From: Promethearchaeota archaeon | GTDB lineage: Archaea > Asgardarchaeota > Lokiarchaeia > Sigyniarchaeales > SOKP01 | Direction: 5' to 3' | DNA: 64,000 bases | NCBI GenBank assembly: GCA_029838195.1 | Contig: JALGVJ010000024.1 | Coordinates: forward strand, 1 to 64,000 | Shown: one piece after another, positions 10,911 through 21,289 of the stretch | Numbering within the stretch: position 1 is the stretch's first letter | Layout: every line of letters begins with the position of its first letter | Made by a program: the position numbers and the translations under genes | Notes under the pieces: generated by a model | What the model saw: the letters and a program-made list of their open reading frames with translations, nothing else | What the model was told of the DNA's origin: nothing | Databases searched by the model: none

Positions 10911-12320
10911 TTATGATTGCCTTGTTTTTTTGAGATATTCCAAGTATTCTTTTTCTTTTTGCTCGTGAAGGCGGCTGATTTTTAATTTTTGTTCAATCCA
11001 TTCGGGACCATCCAGAGGGAAGAATTTCATCACGAGGGCTCCGAACAAGGCGAAGAGTGCGGGAATGATGGTGAAGCCGATCATGATGCCGAATAATGCG
11101 GAATCTGATTGCGTGATGGAGCCTTCTTTAAACCCAAAAGAGGAAATTATTGTTAAAAACATCCAATTGGCGATAGATATGGCAGGTTTGGTTAATAAGG
11201 CTTCTACTCCGGAATAGGTAGTTTCTCTGCGCTTTCCCGTGCGAGTTTCATCATAATCAATGGTGTCGGCAAATAGAATTTGACTTGTTAGCATGACAGC
11301 TGAAAGTCCAATGCCAATGAGGAAAAATCCGATTATCGCGGTAAAGAAGTTCCATCCGATGAAATAAAGCAAGATCAAACTCACCGCACTGAAGACGAGA
11401 CCAAAAATGCTTATTTTTTTTGGTCCTTTTTTAGCAACTAACTTGCTAAAAATATAAGTGAAGATGAATATCGTGATGAAGATGAGTAAAAGAGGGAGAA
11501 CAGTCAGAAATCCGCTTAATCGAAGCACGTACTCCACGTAGTAGAAGATAGCAGAAGTTAAAATCGTAGAAGTAATTAATAGTACAAACACGCTAACTTC
11601 AAGAATTAAAAAGGGTTTGTTTTTTAAGGTTTCTTTAATTGCTTCAAAAAATCCGAGTGCCTCTTCCATTTGAGTGAATTCATTTTCCTTTAAGAAGAAA
11701 CTGGAAACAAATAATACAAGTGAACAGCTCACGCCAATTACGATCATGGCAATATAAAAGTTAGGATTTACTTCCGTGGAGTTATCTCCCGTGAGAAAAA
11801 GGATGGGAAAGATGAATTGCACGATATAACCGATAGCTCCTATAAACGTGGAATACACCATCAAGCTTGCTCTTTCTCGTGCAGTTAAAGCCATTTCTGC
11901 TGGTAAGGAATAGGTAATTAAGCCAATAATGGTAAAGATCGTGTCAAATAGAAAGAGCATGAGGAGAAAATAAGCGAATAGAGCGGTTTCATTAGAAATG
12001 TCAACCAACGGAAACCAACAAAGAATGAATAAAAACCCATAAACCGGGGCCCCAAAGCGGATATACGGAACCCTGCGGCCCATTTGGGTTTTAGTTTTAT
12101 CCTCAAGGATTCCAAAGAGGGGATCGTTGATTGCGTTCCATACGGCGAAAATTAGCCAAGCAATTCCGATCAACTCCGCCGATAACCCCAATTTTACATT
12201 ATAAAAAAAAGTGATGGCAGATAATCCTATTCCCGATAAGATATTACTTGCAGTATTTGCACTTCCATATGCAATTTTAGTTCTTCGTGGTAAGAATTCC
12301 ACAATTTCCTCTTTTTTCAT
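10911..12320 (-). CDS. MFS transporter, GPH (glycoside-pentoside-hexuronide) family
   Basis: WNAINDPLFGILEDKTKTQMGRRVPY, ADTIDYDETRTGKRRE, ~12 TM helices. Confidence 0.9.
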   Translation of the reverse strand: MKKEEIVEFLPRRTKIAYGSANTASNILSGIGLSAITFFYNVKLGLSAELIGIAWLIFAVWNAINDPLFGILEDKTKTQMGRRVPYIRFGAPVYGFLFILCWFPLVDISNETALFAYFLLMLFLFDTIFTIIGLITYSLPAEMALTARERASLMVYSTFIGAIGYIVQFIFPILFLTGDNSTEVNPNFYIAMIVIGVSCSLVLFVSSFFLKENEFTQMEEALGFFEAIKETLKNKPFLILEVSVFVLLITSTILTSAIFYYVEYVLRLSGFLTVLPLLLIFITIFIFTYIFSKLVAKKGPKKISIFGLVFSAVSLILLYFIGWNFFTAIIGFFLIGIGLSAVMLTSQILFADTIDYDETRTGKRRETTYSGVEALLTKPAISIANWMFLTIISSFGFKEGSITQSDSALFGIMIGFTIIPALFALFGALVMKFFPLDGPEWIEQKLKISRLHEQKEKEYLEYLKKTRQS

Positions 12321-12488
12321 TAGTGTTATCCCTCTAAATTAATTTAATCAAGGTTCTCATAATTCTTAAATAACTTTTTATAACAATTAAATATTTCAAA
12401 TTTTATTTTTCTTCATTAAAATGAATTCTGGCGGGGAAGCGACATGATCGACCCTAAAAATGAGGTGGTTTATTACTCATCAATGAAT

Positions 12489-13536
12489 TTAGATTTTAAT
12501 GGGATAAGTTCCATATTTTTTAGTGGTTTGGATCATGGCTTTAACGTTTTCTAATTTTGGCTTGTTTGGTGGCATTAATCGTGTCTTCTATCGTTCCAAA
12601 GGTCAAGATATCACTGGCAGCAATATTTCCAATTAAAGTAATTTTATCCCCGAAATGTTTTTTAAGCGGTTTTAATTTAATGCCAGCTTCGGGTTCTAAG
12701 GGTTCTATAGCGTCTACTCTTGCATCTACGAGAAAAGGAAGCGTTTCTCTAACATCTCCATCGGAATGGACGAGGAAATGAGCATCATGGGCATGAGCAT
12801 TTTTAGCTAATTCTTTATACACGGGTTTAACTATTTCATTCCAATGTTTTGGATTGTAGATTAATTTATTTTTAAAAGCCCAATCATCGCAAATAAAGAC
12901 CATATCGATCCCGTGTTCGAAGAGACAATTATGAAATTCCCTCGTAATTTTACCTAATATTCTCGCAAGTTCTTTGACTAAATTTAAATGTTTTCGTACC
13001 ATATAAGCAAACCGATTCATTCCTATCATTGCCCAAATGGGATAAGCTATTCCTCCTCCAGTAGGTATGGTTAATAACCCTTTTGAAATATATTGTTCCC
13101 AAATCTTTTTAAAACGCTTGAATTTTGAATCATTAGCGGGCGTCCATGTTTTAATGTAAGAGATCCATTCTTTTAGTAATTCTGGCGTTTTTACTACTCC
13201 ATCATGATACCAAAAACCATTTATATTATAAGTACCCCACTCATCCACGAATTTTTCATCTATTCCATATTTTTCCTTTATTTCGTTTGGAATATTGGGT
13301 TTTTCCTTACCCTTCATTTCGATTAACGAATTATGATACCAGATGGCATCAAAACCCACGTGAATTGCCGCTTCAAGCATTTGTTTTTTGACAGAAAATG
13401 TTTTCGGCCGTGAAGAGGAAGGGATGGACTCAATTACCTTTTTAGTAAAATCATGGACAAATACTTGGGCAAGAGTAGGAACGCGATCTGGCTCTTCATG
13501 ATGTAATGTTTTCTTCATGCGTTCATGAACGTTCAT
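12489..13536 (-). pseudogene. uroporphyrinogen decarboxylase/MtaA-CmuA family protein with a frameshifting internal deletion near the C-terminus
   Basis: EPDRVP, DDWAFK, HSDG, GNI motifs. The ORF stops at ATKQAKIRKR*, while the family C-terminus KLENVKAMIQTTKKYGTYPIKI* continues in another frame to 12489. The GGGYIL segment is absent. Confidence 0.75.
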
Positions 13537-13749
13537 GAGAAGAAAATTATTTTTTCAAGGATTAATTTATTTTTAATTAATTTTTTAAAACCATGGCGGT
13601 ATTAAATGGTTTCTAAAAAAAGTGAATTATTTTAAAATCTTTTAGTTTGACATTAAATTAAAAAAGGCAAAAAACTGTAATGATTAAGGCATATTTTCAA
13701 GTAGTATTTATTATATTCATTCATGATGTGATGGTGATGATACCATCTC

Positions 13750-14313
13750 TTAAATGGTCCTAATAATGTAGTCTAAGAACTGAGAAATCGCATGGTCTAA
13801 ATCTTTAGAATTGTCAACGATGAAATCCGCTTCGGGATATTTCTGATATTTTTTAGCCCGTTCAATTCTTTTTTTTAGACTTTTTCCTTTTTCTCTTCCC
13901 CTTTCCATGATTCTTTTAATGGTTAGTTCAATTGGAACTTCAATGAATATGACTTTCACGTTTTTATAAAGTTTTCTTGCTTCTGGAATTATCATCCTGC
14001 TAACATTGACAATGACCGAGTGTCCTTTTTTCAGCCAATCATCTATTTCTGCGGGCACTCCATAATCCAAATCGTATACATGCCATTTAAGCGCGAATTT
14101 TGCTTGTTTATCCATTTCTTGGAATTGTTCAGGTGTAATCGAATAATTGTCCTCGAATTCAGAAGGGTTTCTCGTAATGAATCGTTTTGCCACGTGAATG
14201 GGTGTTAGATGGGGAGGATATTTTTTAATAGCTCCTGAAATGATGCTGTCCTTGCCGCTTCCAGAATTTCCTACAACTAAAAAAAGAATACCCGGAAAAT
14301 CTTTAAATTTAAT
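13750..14313 (-). CDS. PhnN-like ribose 1,5-bisphosphokinase / guanylate-kinase-like P-loop kinase
   Basis: The frame extends 40 codons upstream of the called GTG and includes Walker A VGNSGSGKDS; KRFITR, WHVYDLDYGV, VIVNVSR. No ATG/GTG/TTG lies upstream of the P-loop. Confidence 0.8.
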   Translation of the reverse strand: MKFKDFPGILFLVVGNSGSGKDSIISGAIKKYPPHLTPIHVAKRFITRNPSEFEDNYSITPEQFQEMDKQAKFALKWHVYDLDYGVPAEIDDWLKKGHSVIVNVSRMIIPEARKLYKNVKVIFIEVPIELTIKRIMERGREKGKSLKKRIERAKKYQKYPEADFIVDNSKDLDHAISQFLDYIIRTI

Positions 14314-14539
14314 TCACCGTTTTTACCAAGTACATGTTATATAATTTACTCAAAATTAAATTAATAATTATTCTTTTTTACTTTTAAATAGAGAATGAGC
14401 AATGAATTTTCAGAGAAAAGAATTTTTTTTTTCAAATTAAGAGTAAAAAAATAAAAACCCGAATTGATTTTAACATAATGATTCATTACTAATATCATCT
14501 TCAAATATATAACGAAACGATAAAAATTTTTTTTTAATA

Positions 14540-14941
14540 ATGGAACAACCGGAAGAAACAGATGTTCCCGAATCGTATCAGAAATATCTCGATGGAATTT
14601 ATTTAATCTCACGAAAAAATAAAGGAGGATGGGTTTCTAATAAGGAGATTGCAAATTACTTAAAAGTAGAACCCGCTAGTGTTTCCGGAATGTTAGAAAA
14701 ATTAAAAAAGCAAGGTTTTATTAATTGGGAGCCAAGAAAATCCATTCGGCTTACTAAGAAAGGTAAACAAGTGGCACGGCAATTGAGTGAAGTTCATAAA
14801 TTACTATCCATTTTCTTTAAAAATGTCTTAAAAGTTCAAGATGAAAAATTAATAGAAAAACTTTCTTGCGATATAGAACATCATATTACTGCTGATGTTG
14901 CCATTTCGTTGCGCGATTTTTTAGATAATTATTTACAATAG
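14540..14941 (+). CDS. DtxR/MntR family metal-dependent transcriptional regulator
   Basis: YLDGIY, EIANYLKVEPASVSGMLEKL, HKLL, CDIEHHI. Confidence 0.9.
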   Translation: MEQPEETDVPESYQKYLDGIYLISRKNKGGWVSNKEIANYLKVEPASVSGMLEKLKKQGFINWEPRKSIRLTKKGKQVARQLSEVHKLLSIFFKNVLKVQDEKLIEKLSCDIEHHITADVAISLRDFLDNYLQ

Positions 14942-14999
14942 ATTTAATTAAAATATTGAATTTTAATCAATAATTAAAAATTCACGAGGTAACTCCAAA

Positions 15000-15761
15000 A
15001 TGTCTACCATGATAGAAGAAAAAATAAAATATATTAAAGGGCGGTTTCAAGATTTTTCTAATTACATTGAGCTTCCTTCATTCCGTTCTTTCTTGCTTTT
15101 TACTCTTACGAGTAAGGTACCTTCGAACATTTTAGCACAATTGGGGATGGGAGGAAATAGAGAATTAATTATTTTGCCTTACGATCCCTTATTAAAAATC
15201 TATTACCAAAAAATTAACTTGTTTTCCATTGGAACTTTAATTATTTATGTTCAATCCGACCCCATCTCAGAGGAATTTGTTCTAAAGAGAGACAATCCCA
15301 TAATTAAAGAATATTTAAATCCTAATGAAGAAGCTCTTGCTTTTCACGGAAAAGAGAAATTCCTCCTCCCAAAAATTAGTGATGGAAGGCTTCATGACTT
15401 TTTAGATAAGGAGGAAAAAATCGCTTTGAATGTTGATGATTTATTCCATTCTGCAGAATCTTTTATTGCCACCTCGGAACCAAATATTTTATTTGTTTTA
15501 GATGGAAGGGAGGAAAATGAACCGGATATTTTATTCTCCTTTAACATGATGCCCCAGATGCCCATGAAACTCGATCAAAAAATATTGATGATCGACGTTT
15601 ACATCGATAATGAGCATAAAACCAGAGGCATGACTTATCTTAAGAGAGAAGAGGATTTTACTCTCACGTATCTCAAAGGGATAAAAGAAGTAAGCCATGC
15701 GGATTTATACAAATCATCATTTTCCTTGATCCTCCATATAAAATCGTTTACAAAACCTTGA
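15000..15761 (+). CDS. hypothetical protein
   Basis: 253-aa ORF with GAGGT SD; no recognised motif. Confidence 0.7.
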   Translation: MSTMIEEKIKYIKGRFQDFSNYIELPSFRSFLLFTLTSKVPSNILAQLGMGGNRELIILPYDPLLKIYYQKINLFSIGTLIIYVQSDPISEEFVLKRDNPIIKEYLNPNEEALAFHGKEKFLLPKISDGRLHDFLDKEEKIALNVDDLFHSAESFIATSEPNILFVLDGREENEPDILFSFNMMPQMPMKLDQKILMIDVYIDNEHKTRGMTYLKREEDFTLTYLKGIKEVSHADLYKSSFSLILHIKSFTKP

Positions 15762-15976
15762 CTTTTAAAACATGGTTTAATTAACTCCTTTCTCTCTCTT
15801 TTTGTATTTCCCTTTTTACATCCACGAATAAAAGGGAATGCCTAAAGATTAAAAGGAACCTCCTTTTAAATCGTTAAGAGATTAATAAAATTAAAGGATT
15901 AATATTAGGGATTTAAAAGCAATCCGACAAATTTTGTTTATTATAGAAGAATACACGTGATTTTAAATTAAATGAA

Positions 15977-16189
15977 TTGATAATAATGAAAATCATAACG
16001 ATTAATTTACCCGAAAAATACTTAGATGCTATTCAAATATTAAACGATTTGGGGTTGTATACCTCTCGTTCTGAAGCCATTCGTTCAGCACTAGAGAATT
16101 TCCTGGCTAAAGAGATAAAAATGGATTCAGATTTACATGTAGAGCAATTTCGATCCTTAATGACAAATAAAATAAAAAAAAAAAATTAG
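15977..16189 (+). CDS. ribbon-helix-helix (CopG/NikR-like) regulator
   Basis: MKIITINLPEKYLDAI...SRSEAIRSAL. Confidence 0.85.
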   Translation: MIIMKIITINLPEKYLDAIQILNDLGLYTSRSEAIRSALENFLAKEIKMDSDLHVEQFRSLMTNKIKKKN

Positions 16190-16645
16190 ATTCTATTTTT
16201 TTTAAAATTTTCTTTTTTTTCTTTCTTGATTTACTCATGCTCGAATAAAATCTAATATCATTAGATAAAAAAACTGCATTAAGTCAAAGTTTTGGTTGAA
16301 AGAACCGTGCTATTTCATTAATTAAATCCTCTGCTTGCTCAGAACCACCAATATTCTCGACAAAACCATGATCCGTATTTTTGTGTTATAAAGAAATAGC
16401 TTTATTTCCTCCTCCTTCCAATCACTTAGCATGATTCTACCACGCCAATGTGGAACATCTTATTCTCGCAGTCAGTGTTAATTTAATATTACATTTTGAA
16501 AAAAAAAAGTAGGATTAATTAATTAACCAATCCTTATACAATTTAATATTACCCACAATACTATGTTCCGCTATAGTAGATTAAATATCTAATAATGGTT
16601 TTAAATATATTAATCTAAACAACAAGCTTTTATATAGAAAGAACC

Positions 16646-17344
16646 ATGAAAATTAAAACAGATCTTTGCGTTGGTTGTGGAAATTGCGTCATCATATGTC
16701 CAACTCAAGCGATAAGCCTTATTGACAAGAAAGCCCACATTAATGACGAGCTTTGTGTAGAATGCGCCGTTTGTCAACGAAATAGCTTATGTCCGGTAAA
16801 TGCCATAAAACCAACTAGGTTAAAATGGCCCAGAGTAATCAGAAGTCCCTTTAGTAATGTTATAGCACCCCATAAAGTCACGGGCATTCCCGGGAGGGGA
16901 ACGGAAGAAATGAAAACAAATGACCTCACAAACCGTTATGGCAAGGGGGAGGTGGGTGTTTCTATCGAAATCGGGCGTCCTGGAGTCGGAACGCACCTTT
17001 ATAACATTGAGTTATTCACTGAGCGATTATCGAAAATTGGCGTGAGTTATGAAAAAGAGAGTCCTGTAACTGCTCTACTAGAAGAAGATCAAATTCACAT
17101 CAAGGACGATATAAAAAACGAGAAAGTGTTATCTGCAATAATAGAGTTTAAGGTATCCCTGGAAAAACTACCTCATGTCCTTGATGTCATTAAAGAGGTC
17201 GATCCTATCATTGATACCGTCTTTTCGGTGGGGCTTGTTTCGAGGTTTGAAAATGAAGAGATTCCCATCAAGGAACTCGTCGAGAGGCACGGATTTCAAC
17301 TAAGGCCAAATGCAAAAATTAACATGGGGTTAGGTATATTATGA
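16646..17344 (+). CDS. 4Fe-4S ferredoxin-domain protein
   Basis: CVGCGNCVIICP and CVECAVC...CP; GIPGRGTEEMKTND, IEIGRPGVG. Confidence 0.85.
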   Translation: MKIKTDLCVGCGNCVIICPTQAISLIDKKAHINDELCVECAVCQRNSLCPVNAIKPTRLKWPRVIRSPFSNVIAPHKVTGIPGRGTEEMKTNDLTNRYGKGEVGVSIEIGRPGVGTHLYNIELFTERLSKIGVSYEKESPVTALLEEDQIHIKDDIKNEKVLSAIIEFKVSLEKLPHVLDVIKEVDPIIDTVFSVGLVSRFENEEIPIKELVERHGFQLRPNAKINMGLGIL

Positions 17345-17363
17345 ATGAGGTGGAAAAAAAAAC

Positions 17364-17954
17364 ATGACCCATACTTTACATAGAAGAGGAACCGTGGAAA
17401 ATTTAAAAAGAGATTATGTCATTCTTGCTATGTTGGCGAGAGGAATCAATGACCGTGATCCCGAGGCAAAACAAAATTTATATGAAATTGGAAAGATTTT
17501 CAAGCAACATGGACCTGAAAATATCATCACGGAAAATGTGTGGAAAATCTCTACGGTAATTACTGCTTCTTTTAAGGATATAGAAACCGTGAAAAGGATT
17601 TTGAAAATTCTAAAGGAGAAAAAATTCGGGATTTCCATCGTGGTCTCCGGTTTAATTTCTGAAATAAAACGAGTTGCTTCGGAGCTAGGACTTTCCCCGC
17701 ATACGGGACATTTCTCTTTAGGAGTCTTTGGTAAAAAAGATTTATTACCCGAGGAAAAGGTTTTAGAGATAACTACCATGTGCGGACATCATTGTGTATC
17801 ACCCCAATCCGTAAAATATCATGCTAATTTAATAAAAAATAACAAGATTTCTCTCGAAAAAGCAGTTGAAAAATTGGCAAAACCGTGTGTCTGCGGAATA
17901 ACGAATAAAAGCAGGATACGAGAAATCTTGGAGCGAATCCTTCAAGAAAATTAA
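17364..17954 (+). CDS. conserved Cys-containing protein, partner of the upstream ferredoxin-domain gene
   Basis: MTHTLHRRG, TMCGH, PCVCG; co-oriented with an SD. Confidence 0.75.
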   Translation: MTHTLHRRGTVENLKRDYVILAMLARGINDRDPEAKQNLYEIGKIFKQHGPENIITENVWKISTVITASFKDIETVKRILKILKEKKFGISIVVSGLISEIKRVASELGLSPHTGHFSLGVFGKKDLLPEEKVLEITTMCGHHCVSPQSVKYHANLIKNNKISLEKAVEKLAKPCVCGITNKSRIREILERILQEN

Positions 17955-17978
17955 AATTAAAAGGAGGTCAGATTTACC

Positions 17979-19019
17979 ATTAAGGTCGCAAAATATTACA
18001 GCAATAAAGATATCAGAATAGATGAAATTGAAAAGCCTAAAATAAGGTCCGATGAATTTCTCGTGAAAGTTAAGGCCTCTGGAATCTGTGGCTCGGATAT
18101 TTTAGAATATTATCGCTTTGCAAAAATGAAAAAATTGAACGTGGATCATCTCATCCTCGGCCATGAGATCGCCGGAGATGTAGTCGAAGTTGGACAGGAA
18201 ATTAAAAACGTGAAAATCGGAGATAGAGTATTCGTATCTCATCACGTTCCTTGCGATGAATGTCATTATTGCCATTTAGGGCATCACACCGCTTGTCACT
18301 TGCTCCATTCGACCAATTTTGATCCGGGAGGTTTTGCGGAATTCGTGAGAGTGCCTCACGTAAACATCGAGAAGAAGGGCGTTTACGTTTTGGATGATAC
18401 TGTACGTTATGAGCAAGCAGTATTTATTGAACCCTTAGGATGCGTCTGTCGTGCTCAAAGCCTTGCTAAAATTACTAAAGGACAAACACTTCTAATTTTA
18501 GGGAGCGGAGTTTCGGGATTGCTGCACTTGAAATTAGCCAAGGCCAAAGGCTTGGAGACAATCATCACGACGGATATTAGTGAATATCGATTAAAACAAG
18601 CAAGAAGATTAGGAGCAACTCTTGCACTTAAGGCAACTGAAGACATCAAGATGAAGATTAAGAAAATAAATGATGATCGGATGCCGGATTGCATTATTGT
18701 ATGCACCGGCGCACTTCCCGCTGCAAAGCAGGCATTAGATTGTGCCGGTCCTGGCTCCACTATTATATTTTTTGCAGTTCCCCCACCCGGCGTCAATCTC
18801 GAAATCCCTATAAATGATTATTGGCGTAATGAGATTACAATCATGACCTCATACGGTGCAGCTCCCGCTAATTTAGACGAATCATATGAATGGATCAAAT
18901 CAAAAAGAATTGAAGTGGAAGATCTTATTTCCCATCGATTTCCTCTTGAAAGAGCTCAAGAAGCTTTTAAAGTGGTGTGTGAAGCAGATCGATCCATGAA
19001 AGTGATTTTAGAACCTTAA
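17979..19019 (+). CDS. Zn-dependent alcohol/sugar-alcohol dehydrogenase (MDR), probable ATT start
   Basis: GICGSD, GHE, CDECHYC..C, GSGVSG. The family N-terminus (M)KVAKYYSNKDIRIDEIEKPKI begins at ATT 17979 after a GGAGGT SD. Confidence 0.88.
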   Translation: MKVAKYYSNKDIRIDEIEKPKIRSDEFLVKVKASGICGSDILEYYRFAKMKKLNVDHLILGHEIAGDVVEVGQEIKNVKIGDRVFVSHHVPCDECHYCHLGHHTACHLLHSTNFDPGGFAEFVRVPHVNIEKKGVYVLDDTVRYEQAVFIEPLGCVCRAQSLAKITKGQTLLILGSGVSGLLHLKLAKAKGLETIITTDISEYRLKQARRLGATLALKATEDIKMKIKKINDDRMPDCIIVCTGALPAAKQALDCAGPGSTIIFFAVPPPGVNLEIPINDYWRNEITIMTSYGAAPANLDESYEWIKSKRIEVEDLISHRFPLERAQEAFKVVCEADRSMKVILEP

Positions 19020-19054
19020 AGTTAAAGAACGGTAAAAATCTTATACCGCTAAAA

Positions 19055-19096
19055 CAAAATCAAGGTTATAGTAATCAAAATCAAGGTTATAGTAAT
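19055..19096. repeat. 21-bp tandem direct repeat (2 copies)
   Basis: CAAAATCAAGGTTATAGTAAT x2. Confidence 0.85.
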
Positions 19097-19523
19097 CATT
19101 TAAGGATCATTAAAATTAAAAAAATGATTTGATACCTTTTTTTTCAATTAAATAAAACCCAATCATCCATTCAATAAATTTAATTCATGAAAATATCATC
19201 ATGAGGATCATTTCTCATTAAGATTATTAATCCAATGCTTTTTGCATTTTTCTTATTAATTAATTTTCCATTTGAATAAGAACGAGTTAATAGAAAGATT
19301 GTTTTAAGTTTTTCTTCTTATAAACGGGAATTTAACTACTTATCGTGAAAATATTTAACATGCGTAGTGAAAAAGCTAAATATTTTATTATATATGGAGA
19401 CTAGAACAATTAAATACCTCTTCATCCTAAGATTTTTAATTTTTTTTTAAAAGTATGAAAAATTAGTATAAGTTTAAGAGTTTGGTTTAAGCATGGATTT
19501 TTAGTATATTAACGGCGGAATCG

Positions 19524-20486
19524 CTATTTTTGTCGGTCTCGTCTCCATTCTAAATGCTTTTTTATCATCCATTCTTCCCATAGGGTATAAATTTCCAATA
19601 AAAAATCTTTCATTTTTCTTTTAGGGAAAAAGATATCCTGTTTTAATAATTCTCCTATAAGTTCTTCCCCTGTATTTATCTTTGGATTTATGTTTTTAAG
19701 GGCATGCTCGATTTTTGCATGATTTTCTCCGATTTTTTTTCTCATGTATTTAAATGGCGTGAGATCTGGATGGTTGACAATATAAGAGTGGCTTGACGTC
19801 AAATATCTTGCATTTTGTAGAAAAATTTTCTCGCATCTGTCTATGTCTAAAAGATATTGAGAAATAGAGCATTCTTTAAAACCGTACCACGGACCAAATC
19901 CTTCTTTTCCGGGATTCTTCATGTCAAATCCAAGGCAGCTCACGTGAAGTATCTTCTCTTCGGGTAAAAAAAATCCAACGTGAGATTTTGAATGCCCTTT
20001 TAATGGAATGGTTTCTATTTTATAACCATCAAAATCTAACACATCTCCCGGTTCAAACGTGTTAACTTTTTTACATTTTTCGTAGCCGTTGATTTTTCCA
20101 AACTGCCTGATTACGGAAAAATCTAACTTGTCATTAAATCCAAAACTCTCATAAAAATGTTTCAAATCTGTTAGACAAGAATTTTCTGGATGCGGAGCCC
20201 AAATTTTAGTACCTAATTCTTCCCACGCATGAACATGGGCAATATGGTCCATGTGTCCGTGGCTGCACACGTAATTTTTAATTGACTCCACTTGCTTTAC
20301 CAAGGCTCTAACATGGATGGGTTCAATATTCGCGTCTAATATAATGGCATTTCTATTATTTTCTTTATTCGGCAAAATAAGCAAGCCATCACAGCAAGAA
20401 AAATAGAAAGGAGGCCTCTTCTGATGAATGAGTAATATTCCTTGCGAAACGGGTGTTATTTGAAGACCCTCCACGTGAATTTTCAT
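19524..20486 (-). CDS. MBL-fold metallo-hydrolase
   Basis: SHGHMDH, GHS, SSH motifs. Confidence 0.88.
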   Translation of the reverse strand: MKIHVEGLQITPVSQGILLIHQKRPPFYFSCCDGLLILPNKENNRNAIILDANIEPIHVRALVKQVESIKNYVCSHGHMDHIAHVHAWEELGTKIWAPHPENSCLTDLKHFYESFGFNDKLDFSVIRQFGKINGYEKCKKVNTFEPGDVLDFDGYKIETIPLKGHSKSHVGFFLPEEKILHVSCLGFDMKNPGKEGFGPWYGFKECSISQYLLDIDRCEKIFLQNARYLTSSHSYIVNHPDLTPFKYMRKKIGENHAKIEHALKNINPKINTGEELIGELLKQDIFFPKRKMKDFLLEIYTLWEEWMIKKHLEWRRDRQK

Positions 20487-20601
20487 GTTATTAGAGAATT
20501 TATTATCATATTCTTGCGTAAAATAACATGAACTAGTAAATGAAATTTTAGATCATTTAAATGAAAGAATACAATTTATATAATGTCCAAAAAAAAATAT
20601 G

Positions 20602-20942
20602 AGGTAGCAAATTAATCTTACCTCCGACTAAATTGCGCCCCCGCCTTTTTTTGCTTTTTGTCGAACATGCTTATTCACATACACGTCAAATTCCCTGTAT
20701 TGCTTGCTTCTTGCCCGACCAATAGCGCTTATTTCCCGCATGGCAGCGCTTAATTGGTTTCTTAGCTGTCTTATTACTTCTTCAGGATATTGGAAGATTA
20801 TATCCGATGCCGGCTCGTCCCGTTCACAATTTTTCGATTCATTAATATATTTATAATGGATCGTCATGTTTTTTCAACTTTTTGGTGGTTTTGTCGCCAA
20901 TCTTAAAGCTGGAGCGTGGTAACTGAGATTAATTTGCTACCT
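20602..20942. mobile_element. MITE-like or internally deleted IS with 17-bp perfect terminal inverted repeats
   Basis: AGGTAGCAAATTAATCT (20602-20618) and AGATTAATTTGCTACCT (20926-20942) bracket a GC-richer 341-bp segment carrying a 79-aa ORF (20628-20867). Confidence 0.65.
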
Positions 20943-21289
20943 TATAAAAAAAAAAGAAAAAATAATGAACACATCATTCCTTATCTTGAGCTTGTAAATA
21001 CGTTTTAAATTCGTCATATAATTCATGCATTTTTATTTTCTATTTTAAGTTTATTATACTTGAAAATAAGATCTCTCATTTTAATATTCTATTTATAAAT
21101 TACAAATTCTATTTTTCGCCAGCCATAGCATCATTCATGAGTTCTTTCAAATAAATTGATCTAGAAATGACTCTTGGCTAATCATTAAAATAAAAAAAAA
21201 ATTCTTCTTGCTTTTTAAACCGTTTCTAGTATTTTAAAAATAAGATAAGAAAATAAAAAAAATAAAAACTATTGAAAAAAAATTAATTT

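Noticed and set aside
16270-16500. Possible gene remnant on the minus strand
   Set aside because: Coding-like fragments occur in different frames, but no family is recognisable.
19055-19096. Repeats here and at 58791 as CRISPR arrays
   Set aside because: Too few copies, no proper spacers and no cas genes.
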